A stretch of DNA of 64,000 nt, taken from NCBI GenBank assembly GCA_036336595.1, contig JAYZFV010000056.1:907-64906 (forward strand). The letters are read 5' to 3'. This document shows positions 38,541 through 47,342 of this stretch, one piece after another; positions within the stretch are counted from its first letter, which is position 1; each line of letters begins with the position of its first letter. The translations under genes were made by a program, and so were the position numbers. The notes beneath the pieces are model-generated. The model searched no databases, was not told the origin of the DNA, and saw only the letters and a list, made by a program, of their open reading frames with translations. This DNA comes from Thermoplasmatota archaeon (GTDB taxonomy: Archaea; Thermoplasmatota; Poseidoniia; Poseidoniales; Thalassarchaeaceae).

Positions 38541-38708
38541 CCAGTTATAATTGCTACAGGAGGCTTCATGAAGCCCCCTTGTCTCCGCCGGACTGCTTCT
38601 CAGCTCTACTCGGGGGCGCCCGGCGCCCATCCGAACCCCCCCGCCAGACTGGCGAAAACCGGGGGCAAGGCCCCGGTTTGGGGCCGAGCGGCAAGGAGAA
38701 AAGAAAAC
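38541..38708 (+). promoter_or_regulatory. dnaG promoter and structured 5' leader
   Basis: TATA-like TTTATAAT at 38545-38552. Perfect 14-nt palindrome GGCTTCATGAAGCC at 38562-38575. Perfect palindrome GGGCGCC-C-GGCGCCC at 38614-38628. Hairpin AAACCGGGG-GCAAGG-CCCCGGTTT at 38656-38679. SD-like AAGGAG at 38693-38698. Confidence 0.35.
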
Positions 38709-39875
38709 ATGAATGAAGGAAAATACATCATACACGCAACTATTCGAGCAGAAGGCACCGTAGCCAGGAAAGACGTCGTCGGAGCCATCTTCGGCCAGAC
38801 CGAGGGACTCCTTGGAGAGGGCCTACAACTCAGGGACCTGCAACGAAAGGCGCGCATCGGACACGTCGATGTCAGCCTGAATAACAACAAAGGAAGGTCG
38901 CAGGGCCGAATCGCCCTCCCCTCGTCTTTGGACCAGGTGAGCACCGCCGTCATCGGCGCCGCTTTGGAGACAATAGACAGGGTCGGCAACAGCAAGGCCA
39001 CGATGCGGGTCACGCAGATCGAGAATATTCAATCGGCCAAGAGGGACCACATTATCGATCGCGCCAAGGAACTGCTCCTCGCTATCGTAAACTCGGGTAC
39101 TGACGAGTCGAGGAACATCCTCGACGAGGTCAAGGCTGTGCTCACTCTGGACACCGAGGTCGAATTCGCTGAGATGACAGCGGGTCCCAACGTCCAAGAG
39201 TCCGACTCGGTAATCATTGTCGAGGGGCGCAACGACGTCAGGAACCTGCTGAAGTACGGATTCAAGACCGCAATTGCGACCATGGGCTCAGGAATCAAGC
39301 CCGAACTGGTCGAGCTAGCCGCTAGCAAGAAGGTGGTAACCGCGTTCATGGACGGTGACAGGGGCGGCAGGCTCCTCCTCTTGGAGATCGAGGGCAAGCT
39401 CGGTAAGTCTCTGACCCACGTCGCGCTTGCACCACGGAGCCGCGAGGTCGAGCACCTCGAAGGCAAGGTGATCACGAAGTGCCTGAGCCAGAAAGAGACC
39501 GCCTCCAGGGCTGTCGCTAGAATCAAAACCGAGGAAGCAAAGTCCGACGATGCCTCGGTAGGCAAGGGCAAGGCCTCCTTGGAAGCGCCAGACGAGGTGA
39601 AGAAATGGTCCCCGTTCCTCGATGGACTCAAGCGAAACCAAGCCGTCATCGTCCTCGATGATGGCTCGGGCTCGGATCCTATTAGCCCAAAGAACCTCGA
39701 AGCAGCACTCAACAGTTCCGATGGCGCCCAAGGCATCGTGTTCTCAGGCAAGGTCACGAATAGGATTTTCGAGTTGGCTGCTGGCGCTGGCATCGCGAAT
39801 GTAGTCGGCAAAACCGTCGGACCAGAGTCTCTGAAACTTGGAGTTCAGGCATACTCCGCAAGCGACCTCAATTGA
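38709..39875 (+). CDS. dnaG: Archaeal DnaG-like primase (TOPRIM; exosome-associated)
   Basis: Internal ATG at 38709 (MNEGKYIIHATIRAEGTVARKDVVGAIFGQTEGLLGE matches the archaeal DnaG N-terminus). TOPRIM VIIVEGRNDVRNL. Confidence 0.75.
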   Translation: MNEGKYIIHATIRAEGTVARKDVVGAIFGQTEGLLGEGLQLRDLQRKARIGHVDVSLNNNKGRSQGRIALPSSLDQVSTAVIGAALETIDRVGNSKATMRVTQIENIQSAKRDHIIDRAKELLLAIVNSGTDESRNILDEVKAVLTLDTEVEFAEMTAGPNVQESDSVIIVEGRNDVRNLLKYGFKTAIATMGSGIKPELVELAASKKVVTAFMDGDRGGRLLLLEIEGKLGKSLTHVALAPRSREVEHLEGKVITKCLSQKETASRAVARIKTEEAKSDDASVGKGKASLEAPDEVKKWSPFLDGLKRNQAVIVLDDGSGSDPISPKNLEAALNSSDGAQGIVFSGKVTNRIFELAAGAGIANVVGKTVGPESLKLGVQAYSASDLN

Positions 39876-39998
39876 GTGACGTAGCCCCTTGTTTGCTGGC
39901 AGGGCATAGCCCTGCCAATAATCGACCCCTCCCGATGGGTGTTAGCAGAAGCCATCAAAAGTCCTTCATGCCCGCTGGGGCCGATGCAAGGCACAACG

Positions 39999-42281
39999 AT
40001 GGCCATTCTCACAATGTACGGGGTCTTGGGCGTGGCCTTGTTCGCCCTCTGGCTAAAGCACAAGTCAGTACTGAGGCAGAGGGAGAGGATGAGAGACAAG
40101 CTGGGATCAGTGGAAGGAAACTTGAACGAGACCTCGCAGAGGTTGGACCTCCTCTCCAGAGGGGTTGATACGATTCTCTCCGGCACTCCCCAAGTCCATG
40201 GATTGCTTGGAGTCCACCGTTCTCTGGAATCTGCTGAGGGCCTCCTCTTCAATCAAGGCATCCCAATCAGCAACAGCGAGTCTTGCGCAATCGCCAGCCA
40301 TGCTGCCAAGGCCGTGCTCAAACACCACCCAGGGAGGGGCCCCGATGACGATGCGCCCCCTATTCCCGGCCTCCACCCTCTCTCGGAAAGGCTAGCCGCC
40401 ATGCTAAGCGAGGCCGAAATGAAGGCTGAGGACATCGAACTCACCGCTGGTGAGCACAGGAGGCTAGGCGAGTTGTTTCACGCAGTTGACAGGACCGATT
40501 GGGCCGCAGACTGTTTTCACAGAGCCAACGAACTCGATCCCGAGGACGAGTCTACCCTGCGGTCCCTCTCGGAAATCCTACGTCAGAAGGGAGATCTGGA
40601 AGCACTCGACAGGAGTCTCGAGAGGCTCCTTTCGATCACTCCTGATGATGTGGGGATTCTCAAGGAGCAGGCGCTCCTGCTGGAAGGCTCGGATCCATCG
40701 AGGGTGATTAGGAACCGCAAACGACTCGAGGCATTGGGAAACGATTCCCCATTTTCCGAAGAGGCATTGGAGCTCACCGACATCGCAAAGCGCGCCCGAG
40801 GCGCCCACCAAGGCGTCCAACCTGGACTTTTGCAATCAGAGAACGCCGCCGACCTCGTGGAACGCGCAGCCAAACAGCTTCTCCTGGGCGAAGTCAGCGT
40901 CGCCCTCGAATCCATCGAGTTAGCCTTGGAAATCGATGCTAAGAAAGGCCCAGCATGGCTCCTGAAGGCACGCCTCCTAGCAGCGGGTGAGGGCAATACC
41001 AAAGCCGCTCTGAGGAGCATACGCCGGGCAAGTGCGCTCGGCGAGTATACGGTGATGCTAGAGTCGGAGATTCTAGAGAACGACGGTAGAACCGACGCCG
41101 CTATCCAAGTCCTGGAGGAATACTTAGAGAAAACGCCATCTGACCCTGAGGTTCGAGGCAAGCTCAGTCTACTGTGGTTGAGGAACGGCTCTCAGGACTC
41201 CTCTCGCAGAGTCCTCGACGAGGCTCCCGAGGAGGCTTGGGACAGCGCACCTCTCCACATCATGAGGGGTAGACTGCATCTAGTCGATGCCGACGAACAC
41301 AGGGACAACTCTGGAAAGCACGAGCAGATGCTCCTAGTTGACGCTCTTGTCGCCTTTGACAAAGCCATAGAGCACGATCGCGAATCGGGGCTCGCCTGGC
41401 TCGGCCGTGCTCGCGCCCTCAGATACCAAGGTACCTACAATGAGGCGGAGGTCGCGCTTGTGCGCGCACGCAGGCTTATCCCAGAACATCCTTCGATTCC
41501 TCTCGAAGAGGCTCAGCTCTCTCTCGATACCAATAATCTGGAACAGGCCAACGCCCTTGCTATCGAAGCTACAACGCATCTCAAGAGCAACCCTACTGTG
41601 CCTTTCATCCGCGGTATCATCGCTGCCCGACTAGGTCGCCTCGAAGAGGCAAGGAATTTCTTCTCGAGCACCTTGGAAATCGACCCAGACCACGTTCGCG
41701 CTAGGCTGAACCGCTGTTCGGCCGCACTACTCTGCGAGGATCTCTCTCAGGCACTCGATGACGCGGACCACTTGGTGAACGCCCGTCCTGAACACGAGCT
41801 GGCACGATTGAGACGTTCCGAGATTCTGATGAACCACGGTGACTGGTCCGAGGCGGAAACCGAACTCAGAAATCTCCTCAAGCGAAACTCGGAGCACAGC
41901 ATGGCCCTTGTGCATCTAGGGACGTGCATGATTGCCACAGGCAAGTCCGAGCAGGCAGAACGCCCGCTGAACAAAGCGATTGGTATCGACCCTAACCTCT
42001 CAGAAGCTTGGTACCAGCGCGGCCTCCTGTACCTTGACTTCGGACGCGTCGATGAGGCAATGTCAGATTTCGAGGGGGCGGCGAGAACCGATCCCCACCA
42101 TATCGATGCCAGACTGAGGATTGCTGCGATACTTCACGAGGGCGAGGATTTTGACAAGGCGGTCGCTGCGTGGAGGCAGGTCCTAGACATCGAGCCCCAG
42201 CACAGATTAGCTCGGCGACGGCTGGCAGAGTGCCGTGACCTCATGGCAGCAAGGCGCGCATCCCTCCCTCCAAAGGATTGA
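39999..42281 (+). CDS. Membrane-anchored TPR-repeat protein
   Basis: Internal ATG at 39999 followed by TM ILTMYGVLGVALFALWL. More than 10 TPR-like repeats across ~700 aa. Confidence 0.6.
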   Translation: MAILTMYGVLGVALFALWLKHKSVLRQRERMRDKLGSVEGNLNETSQRLDLLSRGVDTILSGTPQVHGLLGVHRSLESAEGLLFNQGIPISNSESCAIASHAAKAVLKHHPGRGPDDDAPPIPGLHPLSERLAAMLSEAEMKAEDIELTAGEHRRLGELFHAVDRTDWAADCFHRANELDPEDESTLRSLSEILRQKGDLEALDRSLERLLSITPDDVGILKEQALLLEGSDPSRVIRNRKRLEALGNDSPFSEEALELTDIAKRARGAHQGVQPGLLQSENAADLVERAAKQLLLGEVSVALESIELALEIDAKKGPAWLLKARLLAAGEGNTKAALRSIRRASALGEYTVMLESEILENDGRTDAAIQVLEEYLEKTPSDPEVRGKLSLLWLRNGSQDSSRRVLDEAPEEAWDSAPLHIMRGRLHLVDADEHRDNSGKHEQMLLVDALVAFDKAIEHDRESGLAWLGRARALRYQGTYNEAEVALVRARRLIPEHPSIPLEEAQLSLDTNNLEQANALAIEATTHLKSNPTVPFIRGIIAARLGRLEEARNFFSSTLEIDPDHVRARLNRCSAALLCEDLSQALDDADHLVNARPEHELARLRRSEILMNHGDWSEAETELRNLLKRNSEHSMALVHLGTCMIATGKSEQAERPLNKAIGIDPNLSEAWYQRGLLYLDFGRVDEAMSDFEGAARTDPHHIDARLRIAAILHEGEDFDKAVAAWRQVLDIEPQHRLARRRLAECRDLMAARRASLPPKD

Positions 42282-42306
42282 ACAGCACTCACACCGCCCC
42301 AACTGC

Positions 42307-42861
42307 ATGGCTATGCGACCAGACGTTGAACCAGGTGATTACGCACCAGACTTCGAGCTCCCGAACGCCAATTCCAAGGTCGGCGCCGGGAGCATGGCTC
42401 TATCGGATGTGATGGGCGAGAACGGTGCCGTCGTCGTCTTCACCTGCAACCACTGTCCCTATGTCGTCGGCTCCGAACCACGAATCGAGGCCATTGCAGA
42501 GCGGGCGCGACAGGGTGGGCTGGGGTTCGCCGGAATCAATGCTAACGATCCAGTGAATTACGAATCTGATTCTTGGGAACACATGACCAAGCGCGCTGGT
42601 AGGGGGATGACATATCCCTACCTACATGACGCCTCTCAAGACATAGCGGCCGCGTACGGTGCCGAAAGGACCCCCGAGTTCTACCTCATGGACTCGACCG
42701 GCCTTGTATCATATCGCGGTAGGATGGATGATTCTCCGAGAGACCCCTCCCATGCAACGACTTCGGAGCTCGCTGATGCAATTGACGAGATGCTGTCCGG
42801 AGTAGGGGTTACAGTCCCCAGGACAGATAGCATCGGATGCTCGGTCAAGTGGAAGATTTAG
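42307..42861 (+). CDS. Thioredoxin-fold protein (redoxin/TlpA-like, CxxC)
   Basis: Internal ATG at 42307. VVFTCNHCPYV CxxC active site in a thioredoxin-like context. Confidence 0.45.
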   Translation: MAMRPDVEPGDYAPDFELPNANSKVGAGSMALSDVMGENGAVVVFTCNHCPYVVGSEPRIEAIAERARQGGLGFAGINANDPVNYESDSWEHMTKRAGRGMTYPYLHDASQDIAAAYGAERTPEFYLMDSTGLVSYRGRMDDSPRDPSHATTSELADAIDEMLSGVGVTVPRTDSIGCSVKWKI

Positions 42862-42866
42862 GTGCT

Positions 42867-42880
42867 CCCGCGGGCGCGGG
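42867..42880 (+). terminator. Perfect hairpin CCCGCG-GG-CGCGGG after the redoxin stop
   Basis: Read directly, 6 nt after the TAG at 42859-42861. The terminator role is inferred. Confidence 0.3.
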
Positions 42881-42969
42881 AATGCCCGCCCTATCAAAGG
42901 CACAGGATTCCAATGCTGCTAACAGCGAGACAAGATTATACAGGGGTGACGCTGGTTTAACGTACGTCA

Positions 42970-43677
42970 ATGATTGTTTCACATAAGAACCGGTTCATCT
43001 TCATCAAAACGAGGAAGACTGCTGGAACAAGCATCGAGATAGCCCTTGCTAAATTCTGCGGTCCCGACGACATCATCACCAGACTATCTGCCTCGGAAGA
43101 GCAGAATAAATTTGACCTTGGATACAGAGGTTCGCAAAACACGCGTATTCCATTGAATCAGTATAGGAAGTGGGACCTATGGTTCTGGTTGCGCGGTGGC
43201 GGCCCTGCGCACCATTTCAACCATACGTCCGCCTCTCTGATCAAAAGGAGAATGGACTCAGAGTCCTTCAGAGAGTACTGCAAATTCTGTGTGGTTCGTA
43301 ACCCATGGGATAGGGCAGTGTCCATTTACTATTGGAGGAAATACAGGGCCAAGGAAGCACTACCTGAGAACGTCAATTTTACCGAGTTTCTTTCTAGTTC
43401 ACCAACCGAGGTCCTCACTAATAGCGGACTCTATCTAGTTGATGGTGAACCGGCAATAGATCGGTTCATCAAGTTCGAGAATCTTGAGATGGAACTTGCT
43501 GAGATCCTCGAGGAAATGGGTTTGGAAATGGTGGAACTTCCGCATGCCAAAGGGAACACTCGTAAGACCAAAGAACATTACTCAATCATGTTCGACAACG
43601 ACTCGATTGACCTCATTGCTCGTATTTGCAATTGGGAGATCGAGTATTTCGGGTATGAGTTTGAGGATTTGAGGTGA
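42970..43677 (+). CDS. Sulfotransferase family 2-like protein (fourth in the window)
   Basis: 235 aa. FIFIKTRKTAGTSIE and VVRNPWDRAVSIYYW match the PAPS 5'-PSB and 3'-PB motifs. Local GC ~47-50%. Confidence 0.6.
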   Translation: MIVSHKNRFIFIKTRKTAGTSIEIALAKFCGPDDIITRLSASEEQNKFDLGYRGSQNTRIPLNQYRKWDLWFWLRGGGPAHHFNHTSASLIKRRMDSESFREYCKFCVVRNPWDRAVSIYYWRKYRAKEALPENVNFTEFLSSSPTEVLTNSGLYLVDGEPAIDRFIKFENLEMELAEILEEMGLEMVELPHAKGNTRKTKEHYSIMFDNDSIDLIARICNWEIEYFGYEFEDLR

Positions 43678-43691
43678 CATCACACCGCAGA

Positions 43692-44114
43692 TTAGTACTG
43701 CTCAAGGACTAGTTCGGTCTGCGTCGAACTGATGTCGCCTGGAGCCGCCAACCACATCTTGTCAAGCATGTCCCGAAGTGCCACTGTGTCATCAACATGT
43801 ACGACAGCCACTAGGTCCGCATCACCACTGATCTCGAAAACGCATTCGACGCCAGACCAGCCGGCGAACTCCCCAGCGAGAGTTCCAATCTCAGTGCCCG
43901 GCCCCACCTTCAAGCGAATGAGCGCAGTAAGCCCGATCCCAGCTTCTCGCACAGTGTAGCCGCGGATGACGCCCTCCTCCTCCATACGGCGCATTCGAGT
44001 TCTGACGGTCCTTTCAGTGACACCGACCTTCTTGGCGATATCAACATAGGCCGCCCTCGCAGAGTCCCTCAGCACCGAAAGAATCGCCCTATCTAACGTG
44101 TCTACGCTCATCAT
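43692..44114 (-). CDS. Lrp/AsnC-family transcriptional regulator
   Basis: 140 aa. HTH ILSVLRDSARAAYVDIAKKVGVTERTVRTRMRRMEEEGVI and a C-terminal RAM domain. Confidence 0.8.
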   Translation of the reverse strand: MMSVDTLDRAILSVLRDSARAAYVDIAKKVGVTERTVRTRMRRMEEEGVIRGYTVREAGIGLTALIRLKVGPGTEIGTLAGEFAGWSGVECVFEISGDADLVAVVHVDDTVALRDMLDKMWLAAPGDISSTQTELVLEQY

Positions 44115-44171
44115 GATTTCCGCCGAAAAACGGATAATTTATCTATGTTTCCTGCAATATTAAAGAATTAC

Positions 44172-44203
44172 CTTGGCTGAACCTTTCCACTTTTCAACCA
44201 AGC
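44172..44203. promoter_or_regulatory. Inverted repeat CTTGGCTGAA-N12-TTCAACCAAG in the AT-rich region upstream of the Lrp gene
   Basis: Read directly: 10-bp perfect arms. The position is consistent with an Lrp autoregulatory operator (inference). Confidence 0.3.
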
Positions 44204-44258
44204 CCTTTCTCCGCTTTCGCTGGTTGTATTCAAATGGGACGGCCTTAATTGACCGGGC

Positions 44259-44693
44259 ATGAGTCAGGAGGAGGCGATGTCCCACCTCAGGATTCAAGAG
44301 TACTTGGATGACGTTTCCGGACTCGACATCCCCCACTCGTACTCGCAGTGGTACAACGTCGATGTCGCCTCCCTGCTGAACGGATCTAGAATCATGGGCC
44401 ATGAGTTGGATCCAGACTCCGGATCCTCCCTAATTTTCCTCCAGCGAAGCGCGATGCTCTGCTGCCCAGAATCGGGCAGGATCCACCACTACCCCAAACA
44501 CCTTCTCCATTGTTTCGTCGATGACAACCGTGCGAAGTGTCAGGAAGCGGATGGGGTTCTCCTGCGCGCAGAACTGTTCTCCATCTCACCCACCGGGGAG
44601 CAACTATGCTGGGAGTGCTGCTGCAGATCCGAGCTAGAGGTACCCGAAGCCCAGAGCAGGGTAGCTCGCTGGCTGAGTTGGCTGAACACATAG
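44259..44693 (+). CDS. Hypothetical protein
   Basis: 144 aa ORF between Lrp and enolase. No motif; could be spurious. Confidence 0.2.
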   Translation: MSQEEAMSHLRIQEYLDDVSGLDIPHSYSQWYNVDVASLLNGSRIMGHELDPDSGSSLIFLQRSAMLCCPESGRIHHYPKHLLHCFVDDNRAKCQEADGVLLRAELFSISPTGEQLCWECCCRSELEVPEAQSRVARWLSWLNT

Positions 44694-44740
44694 TGCCGCA
44701 TTGCGCTACCTTGAGAAGCCTCGGACCGGTCGCTGCACCA

Positions 44741-45982
44741 ATGAGCGGCGCTGTCAGCGACCTCTCCGCACGGATGATTCTGGACTCGCGTGGCAACCCG
44801 ACCATCGAGGTCGATTGCTGTGTGGGTGGGTTACTGCGTGGTCGCGCAGTGGTTCCTTCCGGTGCCAGCGTTGGCACCCACGAGGCTTTGGAATTGAGAG
44901 ATGGTGGCACTGTTTGGGCCGGCAAGGGAGTCGATGGCGCCGTATCCCACGTCAACGGTGAAATCCGCGACGCCCTAGTTGGCATGGACGTGGCCGATCA
45001 GAGAGCAATAGACACCGTACTGATTGAACTGGATGGCACTGCCAACAAAGCGCGCCTCGGCGCTAACGCGATTCTAGGGGCTTCTATGGCATGCATGAGG
45101 GCAGCAGCTGAAGGCTCCTTGTGGCATCACATCGCGGGTAGCGGCCCCAGCAGCATGCCGGTACCTCAAATGAATATCCTCAACGGAGGCGCCCATGCGA
45201 CTTCGAACGTCGATGTCCAGGAGTTCATGGTCGTGCCTCACGGCTTCGACAACTTCCCAGAGGCTCTGCGCTCCGGCGTGGAGACCTACCACGCGCTGAA
45301 ATCGGTTCTCAAGGAGGAGGGTCTGCTCGGTGGTGTTGGCGACGAGGGAGGCTTCGCACCCAATCTCTCGCGTAACGAGGATGGCCTTAGATACGTACTC
45401 GACGCCATAGAACGCGCTGGCTATGCCCCAGGGAATCAGATTTCCATAGCTCTAGACGTAGCGGCCCAAGAGTTCTGCCAAGGAGACGGATACCACATGG
45501 ACGGGCAAGTCCTCTCCGGAACAGAGTTAGGGGATTTATACTCAGAGTGGCTTGACTCGTACCCCATAGTCTCGATCGAGGATCCATTCGGGGAGGACGA
45601 CTGGGAGTCTTGGACAGAGTTCACTGTGCGTGAGGGCCGACGTGTGCAGATTGTGGGGGATGACCTGTATGCCACCAACCCCGGCCGCCTACTGAGGGGA
45701 ATCGACTTGTGTGCGACCAATGCAATCCTCGTCAAACTCAACCAGATAGGCACTGTGACCGAGACAATCGAGGTCATCCGCATGGCGAGAGACGCAGGCT
45801 TTGGGACCGTCATCAGTCACCGCTCAGGCGAGACCTCTGACGATGTAATAGCGGATCTAGCAGTGGGAACCGATGCAGGCCAAATCAAGACAGGGGCACC
45901 GGCTAGGAGCGATAGGACAGCCAAGTACAACCAGCTGCTTCGCATTGCCGAGCAGATTGACGTCTACACCGACCTATTCTAG
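44741..45982 (+). CDS. eno: Enolase
   Basis: Internal ATG at 44741. ARMILDSRGNPTIEVD N-terminus and SHRSGETSD motif. Confidence 0.9.
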   Translation: MSGAVSDLSARMILDSRGNPTIEVDCCVGGLLRGRAVVPSGASVGTHEALELRDGGTVWAGKGVDGAVSHVNGEIRDALVGMDVADQRAIDTVLIELDGTANKARLGANAILGASMACMRAAAEGSLWHHIAGSGPSSMPVPQMNILNGGAHATSNVDVQEFMVVPHGFDNFPEALRSGVETYHALKSVLKEEGLLGGVGDEGGFAPNLSRNEDGLRYVLDAIERAGYAPGNQISIALDVAAQEFCQGDGYHMDGQVLSGTELGDLYSEWLDSYPIVSIEDPFGEDDWESWTEFTVREGRRVQIVGDDLYATNPGRLLRGIDLCATNAILVKLNQIGTVTETIEVIRMARDAGFGTVISHRSGETSDDVIADLAVGTDAGQIKTGAPARSDRTAKYNQLLRIAEQIDVYTDLF

Positions 45983-46948
45983 TGTGGAGAGCAGTAGCGG
46001 AAGCACGATAGTGGCATCCGACTCGATTACGAAGCGCGGTGTGTCGACATCTATCTTGCCCCAACTAATCTTCTCGTTCGGGGGCGCGCCAGAGTAGCCC
46101 CCGTAGGAAGGACGTGACTCGCTGATTTGAGCAAACCACGACCACAACGACACGTCTACTTTAGCGTCATTCCTAAGCATCGGAACAACTGAGATGGCAA
46201 AGTCACCGGCGATCCCCCCACCAACCTGGAGAATGCCCGTCGGAGAGTCATCCTCACGGTACCAGTCGGCCAGTGCTTGCATCGCTTGCAGCCCGCTTTT
46301 GACAATGTCAGGGCCTTTGAGCGAGCAGTCTAGAACACGGGCAGCCAGTAGGCTACCCAAGGTGGAGTCCTCCCAACCTGGAGTAAAGATGGGAAGGTTG
46401 GCGTCTGCGGCCGCCATCAGCCAAGAGAAATCGTGATTTGAGCCAAACTCCAGGTCACCGTGCAGCAACAAATCGTAGAGGTACTCATGGGGGAATCGCC
46501 TGTCCCCAACCGCTTCAGCCTCTTCCCAGAGTTCCATCAAAGGCTTCTCGATAGAACTGATTACCGCTTCTGGAATAGCCACATCGGTTACCCTGTTCAT
46601 GCCTTTATCCCTAAGTGCGGCATCGTCATCAGCGCTCATTTCCCTCCACTCAGGCAAGGCTTCGTATGTAGAGCGAGCAACCAGGCTGAACAGGTCCTCC
46701 TCTAGATTGGCTCCCGTGCAGCAGATAGCGTGGACCCTGTGTTCCCGGATGGCCGGACCTAAGCTGCGTCCGATTTCGGCGGTCGACATGGCGCCGCCCA
46801 GAGCGATCATCAGGCGACCACCTTGATCGAGGAACCCATGCAATGACTCCGCGCAACGAGCGAGCTCCCCGGCGTTGAAGTGTTTGTAGTGCTCCTCGAC
46901 GAATTCCCTTACACCCAATCTTTCACCCCTCCAAGAATCGCTCGACAC
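45974..46948 (-). CDS. dys: Deoxyhypusine synthase
   Basis: 324 aa. Typical DHS NAD-binding region ALGGAMSTAEIG, CCTGANLEED. Confidence 0.8.
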   Translation of the reverse strand: MSSDSWRGERLGVREFVEEHYKHFNAGELARCAESLHGFLDQGGRLMIALGGAMSTAEIGRSLGPAIREHRVHAICCTGANLEEDLFSLVARSTYEALPEWREMSADDDAALRDKGMNRVTDVAIPEAVISSIEKPLMELWEEAEAVGDRRFPHEYLYDLLLHGDLEFGSNHDFSWLMAAADANLPIFTPGWEDSTLGSLLAARVLDCSLKGPDIVKSGLQAMQALADWYREDDSPTGILQVGGGIAGDFAISVVPMLRNDAKVDVSLWSWFAQISESRPSYGGYSGAPPNEKISWGKIDVDTPRFVIESDATIVLPLLLSTLE

Positions 46949-47342
46949 GCTTACGATTTATCAGCCTGAGTCCCGGTATTCCAGTGCCCAAAGATGTGTG
47001 GATAGAATCAGCGATGGGTTCCGGGTTGTCCCCACCGCAGGTGAAAACGTCAATTGCAAGCAGTCCCCGTTCGGAGTAGCAGTGCGCGCTGACATGACTC
47101 TCGTCAATCAGTACGATTGCGGCGAAGCCGGGTGGGCTGATTCCTCCATCGAAAGACTCGACGTGAGAGTGAACCTCTCTAACCCCAGCTTCATGCACGC
47201 TCTTTCTCAAGACTTGAAGCACCCAAGCATCGTCATCTTCGACAGGAGGCGAGTAGCCGACGTAGTCCATGAGGACGTGTGCGCCCAGTGATTCGGTCCC
47301 ACCCATACAGGGACTGTCCCATTGCACTGATTTCAAAGTCAC
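46923..47342 (-). CDS. speH: Pyruvoyl-dependent S-adenosylmethionine decarboxylase proenzyme (SpeH class 1)
   Basis: 139 aa. HVLMDYVG, cleavage-site-like IDESHVSAH and FTCGG motifs. Adjacent to DHS. Confidence 0.6.
   Translation of the reverse strand: MTLKSVQWDSPCMGGTESLGAHVLMDYVGYSPPVEDDDAWVLQVLRKSVHEAGVREVHSHVESFDGGISPPGFAAIVLIDESHVSAHCYSERGLLAIDVFTCGGDNPEPIADSIHTSLGTGIPGLRLINRKRVERFLEG

Noticed and set aside
38568-38708. 47-codon N-terminal extension of dnaG starting at ATG 38568, which sits just downstream of AGGAGG and the TATA-like box
   Set aside because: The translated extension is basic and low-complexity and unlike any DnaG N-terminus. The archaeal DnaG consensus begins at the ATG at 38709, which has its own SD. 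The AGGAGG lies inside a perfect DNA palindrome, so it is more likely an operator or leader element.
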